64,000 bases of DNA from Eledone cirrhosa (taxonomy: Eukaryota). Below the pieces are notes generated by a model, which saw only the letters and a list, made by a program, of their open reading frames with translations, was not told where the DNA came from and did no database searches. Numbering within the stretch: position 1 is the first letter of the stretch; each line of letters opens with the position of its first letter. The position numbers and the translations under genes are program-made. The stretch is taken from assembly GCA_964016885.1 (NCBI GenBank), contig OZ024748.1:35526001-35590000 (forward strand). Reading direction: 5' to 3'. Below, piece by piece: positions 38,801 to 52,300 of the stretch.

Positions 38801-41800
38801 TAACAGTTGTTATTGTTGTTGTTACTGTTGTAGAGCTATTGTTACAGTCGTTATTGTTGTTGTTACTGTTGTAGTGCTATTGTTACAGTTGTTATTGTTG
38901 TTGTTACTGTTGTAGTGCTATTGTTACAGTTGTTATTGTTGTTGTTGTAGTGCTATTATTACAGTTGTTATTGTTGTTGTTACTGTTGTAGTGCTATTGT
39001 TGGAGTTGTTATTGTTGTTACTGTTGTAGTGCTATTATTACAGTTGTTATTGTTGTTGTTACTGTTGAGGTGCTATGGTTACAGTTGTTATTGTTGTTGT
39101 TAGTGTTGTAGTGCTATTGTTACAGTTGTTATTGTTGTTGTTAGTGTTGTAGTGCTATGGTTACAATTGTTATTGTTGTTGTTAGTGTTGTAGTGCTATT
39201 GTTACAGTTGTTATTGTTGTTGTTGTAGTGCTATTGTTACAGTTGTTATTGTTGTTACTGTTGTAGTGCTATTGTTACAGTTGTTATTGTTGTTACTGTT
39301 GTAGAACTATTGTTACAGTTGTTATTGTTGTTACTGTTGTAGTGCTATTGTTACAGTTGTTATTGTTGTTGTTACTGTTGTAGAGCTATTGTTACAGTTG
39401 TTGTTGTTACTGTTGTAGTGCTATTGTTACAGTTGTTATTGATGTTGTTACTGTTGAGATGCCATTGTTACAGGTGTTATTGTTGTTGTTACTGTTGTAG
39501 AGCTATTGTTACAGTTGTTATTGTTGTTACTGTTGTAGTCCTATTGTTACATTTGTTATTGTTGTTGTTACTGTTGTAGTGCTATTGTTATAGTGCTTTT
39601 CTTGCAGTTGTTACTGTTGTAGTGCTATTGTTGCAGTTGTTATTGTTGTTACTGTTGTAGTGCTATTGTTACAGTTGTTATTGTTGTTGTTACTGTTGAG
39701 GTGCTATTGTTACAGTTGTTGTTGTTGTTGTTACTGTTGTAGTGCTATTGTTACAGTTGTTATTGTTGTTGTTACTGTTGTAGTGCTATTGTGGCAGTTG
39801 TTATTGTTGTTACTGTTGTAGTGCTATTGTTACAGTTGTTATTGTTGTTGTTACTGTTGAGGTGCTATTGTTACAGTTGTTAATGTTGTTGTTACTGTTG
39901 TAGTGCTATTGTTGCAGTTGTTATTGTTGTTACTCTGTAGTGCTATTGTTACAGTTGTTATTGTTGTTGTTACTGTTGTAGTGCTATTGTTATAGTTGTT
40001 ATTGTTGTTACTGTTGTAGAGCTATTGTTACAGTTGTTATTGTTGTTGTTACTGTTGTAGAGCTATTGTTACAGATGTTATTGTTGTTGTTACTGTTGTA
40101 CTGCTATTGTTACAGTTGTTATTGTCGGTGTTACTGTTGTAGAGCTATTGTTACAGTTGTTATTGTTGTTGTTACTGTTGTAGAGCTATTGTTACAGTTG
40201 TTATTGTTGTTGTTACTGTTGTAGTGCTATTGTTACAGTTGTTATTGTTGTTGTTACTGTTGTAGTGCTATTGTTACACTTGTTTTTGTTGTTGTAGTGC
40301 TATTGTTACAGTTGTTATCGTTGTTACTGTTGTAGTCCTATTGTTACAGTTGTTATTGTTGTTATTACTGTTGTAGAGCTATTGTTACAGTTGTTATTGT
40401 TGTTGTTACTGTTGTAGTGCTATTGTTACAGTTGTTATTGTCGTTGTTACTGTTGTAGAGCTATTGTTACAGTTGTTATTGTTGTTGTTACTGTTGTAGA
40501 GCTATTGTAACAGTTGTTATTGTTGTTACTGTTGTAGAGCTATTGTTACAGTTGTTATTGTTGTTGTTAATGTTGTAGAGCTTTTGTTATAGTTGTTATT
40601 GTTGTTACTGTTGTAGAGCTATCGTTACAGTTGTTATTGTTGTTGTTACTGTTGTAGTGCTATTGTTACAGTTGTTATTGTTGTTGTTACTGTTGTACAG
40701 CTATTGTTACAGTTGTTATTGTTGTTACTGTTGTAGAGCTATTGTTACAGTTGTTATTGTTGTTGTTACTGTTGTAGTGCTATTGTTACAGTTGTTATTG
40801 CTGTTGTTACTGTTGTAGAGCTATTGTTACAGTAATTATTGTTGTTGTTACTGTTGTAGTGCAATTGTTACAGTTGTTATTGTTGTTACTGTTGTAGAGC
40901 TATTGTTACAGATGTTATTGTTGTTGTTACTGTTGTAGTTTTATTGTTACAGTTGTTATTGTTGTTGTTACTGTTGTAGAGCTATTGTTACAGTTGTTAT
41001 TGTTGTTGTTACTGTTGTAGTGCTATTGTTACAGTTGTTATTGTTGTTGTTACTGTTGTAGAGCTATTGTTACAGTTGTTATTGTTGTTGTTACTGTTGT
41101 AGAGCTATTGTTACAGTTGTTATTGTTGTTGTTACTGTTGTAGTGCTATTGTTACAGTTGTTGTTGTCACTGTTGTAGTGATATTGTTACAGTTGTTATT
41201 GTTGTCGTTACTGTTGTAGTGCTATTGTTACAGTTGTTATTGTTGTTGTTACTGTTGTAGTGCTATTGTTACAGTTGTTATCGTTGTTGTTACTGTTGTA
41301 GTGCTATTGTTACAGTTGTTATTGTTGTTGTTACTGTTGTAGTGCTATTGTTACAGTTGTTATTGTTACTGTTGTAGAGCAATTGTACAGTTGTTATTGT
41401 TGTTGTTACTGTTGTAGAGCTATTGTTACAGTTGTTATTGTTGTTGTTACTGTTGTAGTGCTATTGTTACAGTTGTTATTGTTGTTGTTACTGTTGTAGT
41501 GCTATTGTTACAGTTGTTATTGTTGTTGTTACTGTTGTAGTGCTATTGTTACAGTTGTTATTGTCGTTGTTACTGTTGTAGTGCTATTGTTACAGTTGTT
41601 ATTGTTGTTGTTACTGTTGTAGAGCTATTGTTACACTTGTTATTGTTGTTACTGTTGTAGAGCTATTGTTACAGTTGTTATTGTTGTTACATTTGTAGAG
41701 CTATTGTTACAGTTGTTATTGTTGTTGTTACTGTTGTAGTGCTATTGTTACAGTTATTAGTGTTGTTGTTATTGTTGTACAGCTATTGTTACACTTGTTA

Positions 41801-44449
41801 TTGTTGTTACTGTTGTATAGCTATTGTTACAGTTGTTATTGTTGTTGTTAATGTTGTACAGCTTTTGTTACAGTTGTTATTGTTGTTACTGTTGTAGAGC
41901 TATTGTTACAGTTGTTATTGTTGTTGTTACTGTTGTAGTGCTATTGTTACAGTTGTTATTGTTGTTGTTACTGTTGTAGAGATATTGTTACAGTTGTTAT
42001 TGTTGTTGTTACTGTTGTAGTGCAATTGTTACAGTTGTTATTTTTGTTACTGTCGTAGAGCTATTGTTACAGTTGTTATTGTTGTTGTTACTGTTGTAGT
42101 GCTATTGTTACAGTTGTTGTTGTTACTGTTGTAGTGCTATTGTTACAGTTGTTATTGTTGTTGTTACTGTTGTAGTGCTATTGTTACAGTTGTTATTGTG
42201 GTTGTTACTGTTGTAGTGCTATTGTTACAGTTGTTATTGTTGTTGTTACTGTTGTAGTTCTATTGTTACAGTTGTTATTGTTGTTACTGTTGTAGAGCTA
42301 TTGTTACAGTTGTTATTGTTCTTGTTACTGTTGTAGTGCTATTGTTACAGTTGTTATTGTTGTTGTTACTGTTGTAGAGCTATTGTTTCAGTTGTTATTG
42401 TTGTTACTGTTGTAGAGCTATTGTTACGGTTGTTATTGTTGTTGTTACTGTTGTAGCGCTATTGTTTCAGTTGTTATTGTTGTTGTTACTGTTGTAGTGC
42501 TATTGTTTCAGTTGTTATTGTTGTTGTACTGTTGTAGTGCTATTGTTACAGTTGTTGTTGTTGTTGTTACTGTTGTAGATCTATTGTTACAGTGGTTGTT
42601 GTTACTGTTGTAGTGCTATTGTTACAGTTGTTATTGTTGTTGTTACAGTTGTAGTGCTATTGTTACATTTGTTATTGGTGTTGTTACTGTTGTAGTGTTA
42701 TTGTTGCGGTTGTTATTGTTGTTACTGTTGTAGTGCTATTGTTACAGTTGTTATTGTTGTTGTTACTGTTGAGGTGCTATTGTTACAGTTGTTATTGTTG
42801 TTGTTACTGTTGTAGTGCTATTGTTACAGTTGTTATTGTTGTTGTTACTGTTGTAGTGCTATTGTTGCAGTTGTTATTGTTCTTACTGTTGTAGTGCTAT
42901 TGTTACAGTTGTTATTGTTGTTGTTAGTGTTGAGATGCTATTGTTACAGTTGTTATTGTTGCTGTTACTGTTGTAGTGCTATTGTTACAGTTGTTAATGT
43001 TGTTGTTACTGTTGTAGTGCTATTGTTGCAGTTGTTATTGTTGTTACTCTTGTAGTGCTATTCTTACAATTGTTACTGTTGTTGTTACTGTTGTAGTGCT
43101 ATTGTTACAGTTGTTGTTGTTGTTGTTACTGTTGTAGTGCTATTGTTAGAGTTGTTATTGTTGTTGTTACTGTTGTAGTGCTATTGTTACAGTTGTTATT
43201 GTTGTTAATGTTGTAGTGCTATTGTTACAGTTGTTATTGTTGTTGTTACTGTTGTAGTGCTATTGTTACAGTTGTTATTGTTGTCGTTACTGTTGTAGAG
43301 CTATTGTTACAGTTGTTATTGTTGTTGTTACTGTTGTACTGCTATTGTTACAGTTGTTATTGTTGTTGTTACTGTTGTAGTGCTATTGTTACAGTTGTTA
43401 TTGTTGTTGTTTTAGTGCTATTGTTACAGTTGTTATTGTTGTTGTTACTGTTGTAGTGCTATTGTTACTGTTGTTGTTGTTACTGCTTAGGTGTTATTGT
43501 TACAGCTGTTATTGTTGTTATTACTGTTGTAGGGCTATTGTTACAGTTGTTATTGTTGTTACAGTTGTAGTGCTATCGTTACAGCTCTTATTGTTGTTAT
43601 TACTGTTGTAGTGCTATTGTTACAGTTGTTGTTGTTGTTGTAGTGCTATTGTTACAGTTGTTATTGTTGTTGTTACTGTTGTAGAGCTATTGTTACAGTT
43701 GTTATTGACGTTTTTACTGTTGTAGAGCTATTGTTACAGTTGTTATTGTTGTTGTTACTGTTGTAGTTCTATTGTTACAGTTGTTATTGTTGTTGTTACT
43801 GTTGTAGTGTTATTGTTACAGTTGTTATTGTTGTTATTACTGTTATAGAGCTATTGTTACAGTTGTTATTGTTGTTGTTACTGTTGTAGAGCTATTGTTA
43901 CAGTTGTTATTGTTGTTGTTACTGTTGTAGTGCTATTGTTACACTTGTTATTGTCGTTGTTACTGTTGTAGAGATATTGTTACAGTTATTATTGTTGTTG
44001 TTACTGTTGTAGAGCTATTGTTACAGTTGTTATTGTTGTTACTGTTTTAGAGCTATTGTTACAGTTGTTATTGCTGTTGTTAATGTTGTAGAGCTATTGT
44101 TACAGTTGTTATTGTTGTTACTGTTGTAGAGCTATTGTTACAGTTGTTATTGTTGTTGTTACTGTTGTAGTGCTATTGTTACAGTTGTTATTGTTTTTGT
44201 TACTGTTGTACAGGTATTGTTACAGTTGTTATTGTTGTTGTTACTGTTGTAGTGCTATTGTTACAGTTGTTATTGTCGTTGTTACTGTGGTAGAGCTATT
44301 GTTACAAATGTTATTGTTGTTGTTACTGTTGTAGAGCTATTGTCACAGTTGTTATTGTTGTTGTTACTGTTGTAGAGCTATTGTTACAGTTGTTATTGTT
44401 GTTGTTACTGTTGTAGTGCTATTGTTACACTTGTTATTGTCGTTGTTAC

Positions 44450-47400
44450 TGTTGTAGAGATATTGTTACAGTTGTTATTGTTGTTGTTACTGTTGTAGAG
44501 CTATTGTTACAGTTGTTATTGTTGTTACTGATGTAGAGCTATTGTTACAGTTGTTATTGTTGTTGTTAATGTTGTAGAGCTATTGTTACAGTTGTTATTG
44601 TTGTTACTGTTGTAGAGCTATTGTTACAGTTGTTATTGTGGTTGTTACTGTTGTAGTACTATTCTTACAGTTGTTATTGTTGTTGTTACTGTTGTAGAGT
44701 TATTGTTACAGTTGTTATTGTTGTTACTGTTGTAGAACTATTGTTACAGTTGTTATTTTTGTTGTTACTGTTGTAGTGCTATTGTTACAGTTGTTATTGT
44801 TGCTGTTACTGTTGTAGAGCTATTGTTACAGTTGTTATTGTTGTTGTTACTGTTGTAGTGCAATTGTTACAGTTGTTATTGTTGTTACTGTTGTAGAGCT
44901 ATTGTTACAGATGTTATTGTTGTTGTTAATGTTGTAGTTTTATTGTTACAGTTGTTATTATTGTTGTTACTGTTGTAGAGCTATTGTTACAGTTGTTATT
45001 GTTGTTGTCACTGTTGTAGCGCTATTGTTACAGTTGTTATTCTTATTGTTACTGTTGTAGTGCAATTGTTATGTTACATTTGTTATTGTTGTTCTTACTG
45101 TTGTAGTGCTATTGTTACAGTTGTTATTGTAGTTGTTACTGTTGTAGTGCTATTGTTACAGTTGTTATTGTTGTTGTTACTGTTGTAGTGCTATTGTTAC
45201 AGTTGTTATTGTTGTTGTTACTGTTGTAGAGCTACTGTTTCAGTTGTTATTGTTGTTGTTACTGTTGTAGTGCTATTGTTACAGTTGTTATTGTTGTTGT
45301 TACTGTTGTAGTGCTATTGTTACAGTTGTTATTGTTGTTGTTACTATTGTAGTGCTATTGTTACAGTTGTTATTGTTGTTGTTCCTGTTGTAGTGCTATT
45401 GTTACAGTTCTTATTGTTGTTGTTGTAGTGCTATTGTTACAGTTGTTATTGTTGTTGTTACTGTTGTAGTGCTATTGTTGCAGTTGTTATTGTTGTTACT
45501 GTTGTAGTGCTATTGTTACCGTTGTTATTGTTGTTGTTACTGTTGTAGTGCAATTGTTACAGTTGTTATTGTTGTTACTGTTGTAGAGCTATTGTTACAA
45601 ATGTTATTGTTGTTGTTACTGTTGTAGTTTTATTGTTACAGTTGTTATTGTTGTTGTTACTGTTGTAGAGCTATTGTTACAGTTGTTATTGACGTTTTTA
45701 CTGTTGTAGAGCTATTGTTACAGTTATTATTGTTGTTGTTACTGTTGTAGTGCTATTGTTACAGTTGTTATTGTCGTTGTTACTGTTGTAGAGCTATTGT
45801 TACAGTTGTTATTGTTGTTACTGTTTTAGAGCTATTGTTACAGTTGTTATTGCTGTTGTTAATGTTGTAGAGCTATTGTTATGTTACAGTTGTTATTGTT
45901 GTTCTTACTGTTGTAGTGCTATTGTTACAGTCGTTATTGTAGTTGTTACTGTTGTAGTGCTATTGTTACAGTTGTTATTGTTACTTTTGTAGAGCAATTG
46001 TTACAGTCGTTATTGTTGTTGTTACTGTTGTAGAGCTATCGTTACAGTTGTTATTGTTGTTGTTACTGTTGTAGTGCTATTGTTACAGTTGTTATTGTTG
46101 TTGTTACTGTTGTAGTGCTATTGTTACAGTCGTTATTGTTGTTGTTACTGTTGTAGAGCTATCGTTACAGTTGTTATTGTTGTTGTTACTGTTGTAGAGA
46201 TATTGTTACAGTTGTTATTGTTGTTGTTACTGTTGTAGAGCTATTGTTACAGTTGTTATTGTTGTTACTGTTGTAGAGCTATTGTTAGAGTTGTTATTGT
46301 TGTTGTTAATGTTGTAGAGCTATTGTTACAGTTGTTATTGTTGTTACTGTTGTAGAGCTATTGTTACAGTTGTTATTGTGGTTGTTACTGTTGTAGTACT
46401 ATTCTTACAGATGTTATTGTTGTTGTTACTGTTGTACAGTTATTGTTACAGTTGTTATTGTTGTTACTGTTGTAGAACTATTGTTACAGTTGTTATTTTT
46501 GTTGTTACTGTTGTAGTGCTATTGTTACAGTTGTTATTGTTGCTGTTACTGTTGTAGAGCTATTGTTACAGTTGTTATTGTTGTTGTTACTGTTGTAGTG
46601 CAATTGTTACAGTTGTTATTGTTGTTACTGTTGTAGAGCTATTGTTACAGCTGTTATTGTTGTTGTTAATGTTGTAGTTTTATTGTTACAGTTGTTATTA
46701 TTGTTGTTACTGTTGTAGAGCTATTGTTACAGTTGTTATTGTTGTTGTCACTGTTGTAGCGCTATTGTTACAGTTGTTATTGTTGTTATTACTGTTATAG
46801 AGCTATTGTTACAGTTGTTATTGTTGTTGTTACTGTTGTAGTGCTATTGTTAAAGTTGTTATTGTAGTTGTTACTGTTGTAGTGCTATTGTTACAGTTGT
46901 TATTGTTGTTGTTACTTTTGTAGTGCTATTGTTACAGTTGTTATTGTTGTTGTTACTGTTGTAGAGCTATTGTTACAGTTGTTATTGTTGTTGTTACTGT
47001 TGTAGTGCTATTGTTACAGTTGTTATTGTTGTTGTTACTTTTGTAGTGCTATTGTTTCAGTTGTTATTGTTGTTGTTACTGTTGTAGTGCTATTGTTACA
47101 GTTGTTATTGTTGTTGTTACTGTTGTAGTGCTATTGTTACAATTGTTATTGTTGTTGTTACTATTGTAGTGCTATTGTTACAGTTGTTATTGTTGTTGTT
47201 CCTGTTGTAGTGCTATTGTTACAGTTCTTATTGTTGTTGTTGTAGTGCTATTGTTACAGTTGTTATTGTTGTTGTTACTGTTGTAGTGCTATTGTTGCAG
47301 TTGTTATTGTTGTTACTGTTGTAGTGCTATTGTTACCGTTGTTATTGTTGTTGTTACTGTTGTAGTGCAATTGTTACAGTTGTTATTGTTGTTACTGTTG

Positions 47401-47950
47401 TAGAGCTATTGTTACAAATGTTATTGTTGTTGTTACTGTTGTAGTTTTATTGTTACAGTTGTTATTGTTGTTGTTACTGTTGTAGAGCTATTGTTACAGT
47501 TGTTATTGACGTTTTTACTGTTGTAGAGCTATTGTTATAGTTATTATTGTTGTTGTTACTGTTGTAGTGCTATTGTTACAGTTGTTATTGTCGTTGTTAC
47601 TGTTGTAGAGCTATTGTTACAGTTGTTATTGTTGTTACTGTTTTAGAGCTATTGTTACAGTTGTTATTGCTGTTGTTAATGTTGTAGAGCTATTGTTATG
47701 TTACAGTTGTTATTGTTGTTCTTACTGTTGTAGTGCTATTGTTACAGTCGTTATTGTAGTTGTTACTGTTGTAGTGCTATTGTTACAGTTGTTATTGTTA
47801 CTTTTGTAGAGCAATTGTTACAGTCGTTATTATTGTTGTTACTGTTGTAGAGCTATCGTTACAGTTGTTATTGTTGTTGTTACTGTTGTAGTGCTATTGT
47901 TACAGTTGTTATTGTTGTTGTTACTGTTGTAGTGCTATTGTTACAGTTGT
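44450..47950. repeat. ~1.75-1.82-kb higher-order duplication in the distal satellite domain
   Basis: GTACTATTCTTACAG occurs at ~44657/~46397, GTTCCTGTTG at 45381/47198 and GACGTTTTTA at 45691/47508. Confidence 0.72.
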
Positions 47951-49399
47951 TATTGTTGTTGGTACTGTTGTAGAGCTATTGTTTCAGTTGTTATTGTTGT
48001 TACTGTCGTAGAGCTATTGTTACGGTGGTTAATCTTGTTGTTACTGTTGTAGAGCTATTGTTACAGTTGTTATTGTTGTTGTTACTGTTGTAGAGCTACT
48101 GTTTCAGTTGGTATTGTTGTTGTTACTGTTGTAGTGCTATTGTTACAGTTGTTATTGTTGTTGTTACTGTCGTAGTGCTATTGTTACAGTTGTTATTGTT
48201 GTTGTTACTGTTGTAGAGCTATTGTTTCAGTTGTTATTGTTGTTGTTACTATTGTAGTGCTATTGTTACAGTTGTTATTGTTGTTGTTACTGTTGTAGTG
48301 CTATTGTTACAGTTCTTATTGTTGTTGTTGTAGTGCTATTGTTACAGTTGTTATTGTTGTTGTTACTGTTGTAGTGCAATTGTTACAGTTGTTATTGTTG
48401 TTACTGTTGTAGAGCTATTGTTACAAATGTTATTGTTGTTGATACTGTTGTAGTTTTATTGTTACAGTTGTTATTTTTGTTGTTACTGTTGTAGAGCTAT
48501 TGTTACAGTTGTTATTGACTTTTTTACTGTTGTAGAGCTATTGTTACAGTTGTTATTGTTGTTGTTACTGTTGTAGTGTTATTGTTACAGTTGTTATTGT
48601 TGTTATTACTGTTATAGAGCTATTGTTACAGTTGTTATTGTTGTTGTTACTGTTGTAGAGCTATTGTTACAGTTATTATTGTTGTTGTTACTGTTGTAGT
48701 GCTATTGTTACAGTTGTTATTGTCGTTGTTACTGTTGTAGTGCTATTGTTACAGTTGTTATTGTTGTTGTTACTGTTTTAGAGCTATTGTTACAGTTGTT
48801 ATTGCTGTTGTTAATGTTGTAGAGCTATTGTTACAGTTGTTATTGTTGTTACTGTTGTAGAGCTATTGTTACAGTTGTTATTGTTGTTGTTACTGTTGTA
48901 GTGCTATTATTACAGTTGTTATTGTTTTTGTTACTGTTGTACAGGTATTGTTACAGTTGTTATTGTTGTTGTTACTGTTGTAGTGCTATTGTTACAGTTG
49001 TTATTGTTGTTACTGTTGTAGAGCTATTGTTACAGTTGTTATTGTTGTTGTTACTGTTGTAGAGCTATTGTTACAGTTGTTATTGTTGTTACTGTTGTAG
49101 AGCTATTGTTACAAATGTTATTGTTGTTGTTACTATTGTAGATCTATTGTCACAGTTGTTATTGTTGTTGTTACTGTTGTAGAGCTATTGTTACAGTTGT
49201 TATTGTTGTTGTTACTGTTGTAGTGCTATTGTTACAGTTGTTATTGTCGTTGTTACTGTTGTAGAGATATTGTTACAGTTGTTATTGTTGTTGTTACTGT
49301 TGTAGAGCTATTGTTACAGTTGTTATTGTTGTTACTGTTGTAGAGCTATTGTTACAGTTGTTATTGTTGTTGTTACTGTTGTAGAGCTATTGTTACAGT

Positions 49400-52300
49400 T
49401 GTTATTGTTGTTACTGTTGTAGAGCTATTGTTACAGTTGTTATTGTTGTTGTTACTGTTGTAGTACTATTCTTATAGTTGTTATTGTTGTTGTTACTGTT
49501 GTAGTGCTATTGTTACAGTTGTTATTGTTATTGTTACTGTTGTAGTGCTATTGTTACAGTTGTTATTGTTGTTGTTACTGTTGTAGTGCTATTGTTACAG
49601 TTGTTATTGTTGTTGTTACTGTTGTAGAGCTATTGTTACAGTTGTTGTAGTTACTGTTGTAGTGCTTTTGTTACAGTTGTTAACGTTGTTGTTACTGTTG
49701 TAGTGCTATTTTTACAGTTGTTATTGTTGTTGTTAATGTTGTAGTGCTATTTTTACAGTTGTTATTGTTGTTGTTACTGTTGTAGATCTATTGTTACAGT
49801 TGTTATTGTTGTTACTGCTGTAGTGCTATTGTTACAGTTGTTATTGTTGTTGTTACTGTTGTAGTGCTATTGTTACAGTTGTTGTTGTTACTGTTGTAGT
49901 GCTATTGTTACAGTTGTTATTGTTGTTGTTACTGTTGTAGTGCTATTGTTACAGTTGTTATTGTTGTTGGTACTGTTGTAGAGCTATTGTTTCAGTTGTT
50001 ATTGTTGTTGCTGTTGTAGAGCTATTGTTACGGTTGTTAATGTTGTTGTTACTGTTGTAGAGCTATTGTTACAGTTGTCATTGTTGTTGTTACTGTTGTA
50101 GAGCTACTGTTTCAGTTGTTATTGTTGTTGTTACTGTTGTAGTGCTATTGTTACAGTTGTTATTGTTGTTGTTACTGTTGTAGTGCTATTGTTACAGTTG
50201 TTATTGTTGTTGTTACTGTTGTAGAGCTATTGTTACAGTTGTTATTGTTGTTGTTACTGTTGTAGTGCTATTGTTGCAGTTGTTGTAGTTACTGTTGTAG
50301 TGCTTTTGTTACAGTTGTTATTGTTGTTGTTATTGTTGTAGTGCAATTGTTACAGTTGTTATTGTTGTTACTGTTGTAGAGCTATTGTTACATATGTTAT
50401 TGTTGTTGTTACTGTTGTAGTTTTATTGTTACAGTTGTTATTGTTGTTGTTACTGTTGTAGAGCTACTGTTTCAGTTGTTATTGTTGTTGTTACTGTTGT
50501 AGTGCTATTGTTACAGTTGTTATTGTTGTTACTGCTGTAGTGCTATTGTTACAGTTGTTATTGTTGTTGTTACTGTTGTAGTGCTATTGTTACAGTTGTT
50601 GTTGTTACTGTTGTAGTGCTATTGTTACAGTTGTTATTGTTGTTGTTACTGTTGTAGTGCTATTGTTACAGTTGTTATTGTTGTTGGTACTGTTGTAGAG
50701 CTATTGTTTCAGTTGTTATTGTTGTTACTGTTGTAGAGCTATTGTTACGGTTGTTAATGTTGTTGTTACTGTTGTAGTGCTATTGTTGCAGTTGTTGTAG
50801 TTACTGTTGTAGTGCTTTTGTTACAGTTGTTATTGTTGTTGTTACTGTTGTAGTGCAATTGTTACAGTTTTTATTGTTGTTACTGTTGTAGAGCTATTGT
50901 TACAGTTGTTATTGTTGTTGTTACTGTTGTAGTGCTATTGTTACAGTTGTTATTGTTGTTGTTACTGTTGTAGTTTTATTGTTACAGTTGTTATTGTTGT
51001 TGTTACTGTTGTAGAGCTACTGTTTCAGTTGTTATTGTTGTTGTTACTGTTGTAGTGCTATTGTTACAGTTGTTATTGTTGTTGTTACTGTTGTAGTGCT
51101 ATTGTTACAGTTGTTATTGTTGTTGTTACTGTTGTAGTGCTATTGTTACAGTTGTTATTGTTGTTGTTACTGTTTTAGTGCTATTGTTACATTTGTTATT
51201 GTTGTTGTTACTGTTGTAGAGCTATTGTTACAGTTGTTATTGTTGTTGTTACTGTTGTAGTGCTATTGTTACAGTTGTCATTGTTGTTGTTACTGTTGTA
51301 GTGCAATTGTTACAGTTGTTACTGTTGGTACTGTTGTAGTGCTATTGTTACAGTTGTTATTGTTGTTGTTACTGTTGTAGAGCTATTGTTACAAATGTTA
51401 TTGTTGTTGTTAATGTTGTAGTTTTATTGTTACAGTTGTTATTGTTGTTGTTACTGTAGTAGTGCTATTGTTACAGTTGTTATTGTTACTGTTGTAGAGC
51501 AATTGTTACAGTCGTTATTGTTGTTGTTACTGTTATAGAGCTATCGTTACAGTTGTTATTGTTGTTACTGTTGTAGAGCTATTGTTACAGTTGTTATTGT
51601 TGTTGTTACTGTTGTAGAGCTATTGTTACAGTTGTTATTTTTGTTGTTACTGTTGTAGAGCTATTGTTTCAGTTGTTGTTGTTGTTACTGTTGTAGTGCT
51701 ATTGTTACAGTTGTTATTGTTACTGTTGTAGAGCAATTGTTACAGTTGTTATTATTACTGTTGTAGAGCTATTGTAACAGTTGTTATTGTTGTTGTTACT
51801 GTTGTAGTGCTATTGTTACAGTTGTTATTGTTGTTGTTACTGTTGTAGTGCTATTGTTACATTTGTTATTGTTGTTACTGTTGTAGAGCTATTGTTACAC
51901 TTGTTATTGTTATTGTTACTGTTGTAGTGCTATTGTTACAGTTGTTATTGTTGTTGTTACTGTTGTAGAGCTATTGTTTCAGTTGTTATTGTTGTTACTG
52001 TTGTAGAGCTATTGTTACGGTTGTTATTGTTTTTGTTACTGTTGTAGAGTTATTGTTACAGTTGTTATTGTTGTTGTTACTGTTGTAGCGCTATTGTTTC
52101 AGTTGTTATTGTTGTTGTTACTGTTGTAGTGCTATTGTTACAGTTGTTATTGTTACTGTTGTAGGGCAATTGTTACAGTTGTTATTGTTGTTGTTACTGT
52201 TGTAGAGCTATTGTTTCACTTGTTATTGTTGTTGTACTGTTGTAGTGCTATTGTTACAGTTGTTGTTGTTGTTGTTACTGTTGTAGAGCTATTGTTACAG

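Larger units (their letters stand above)
18910..39270. repeat. ~10.2-kb tandem segmental duplication (copy 1 ~18910-29140, copy 2 ~29140-39270), each copy carrying the SINE
   Basis: Rare markers are colinear: TAGGGCTATT 19211/29428, SINE 22440/32654, GTCGCGACT ~28288/~38420 and GTGGAGCT ~27718/~37850. The offset drifts from ~10217 to ~10132 through whole-unit indels. Confidence 0.88.
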
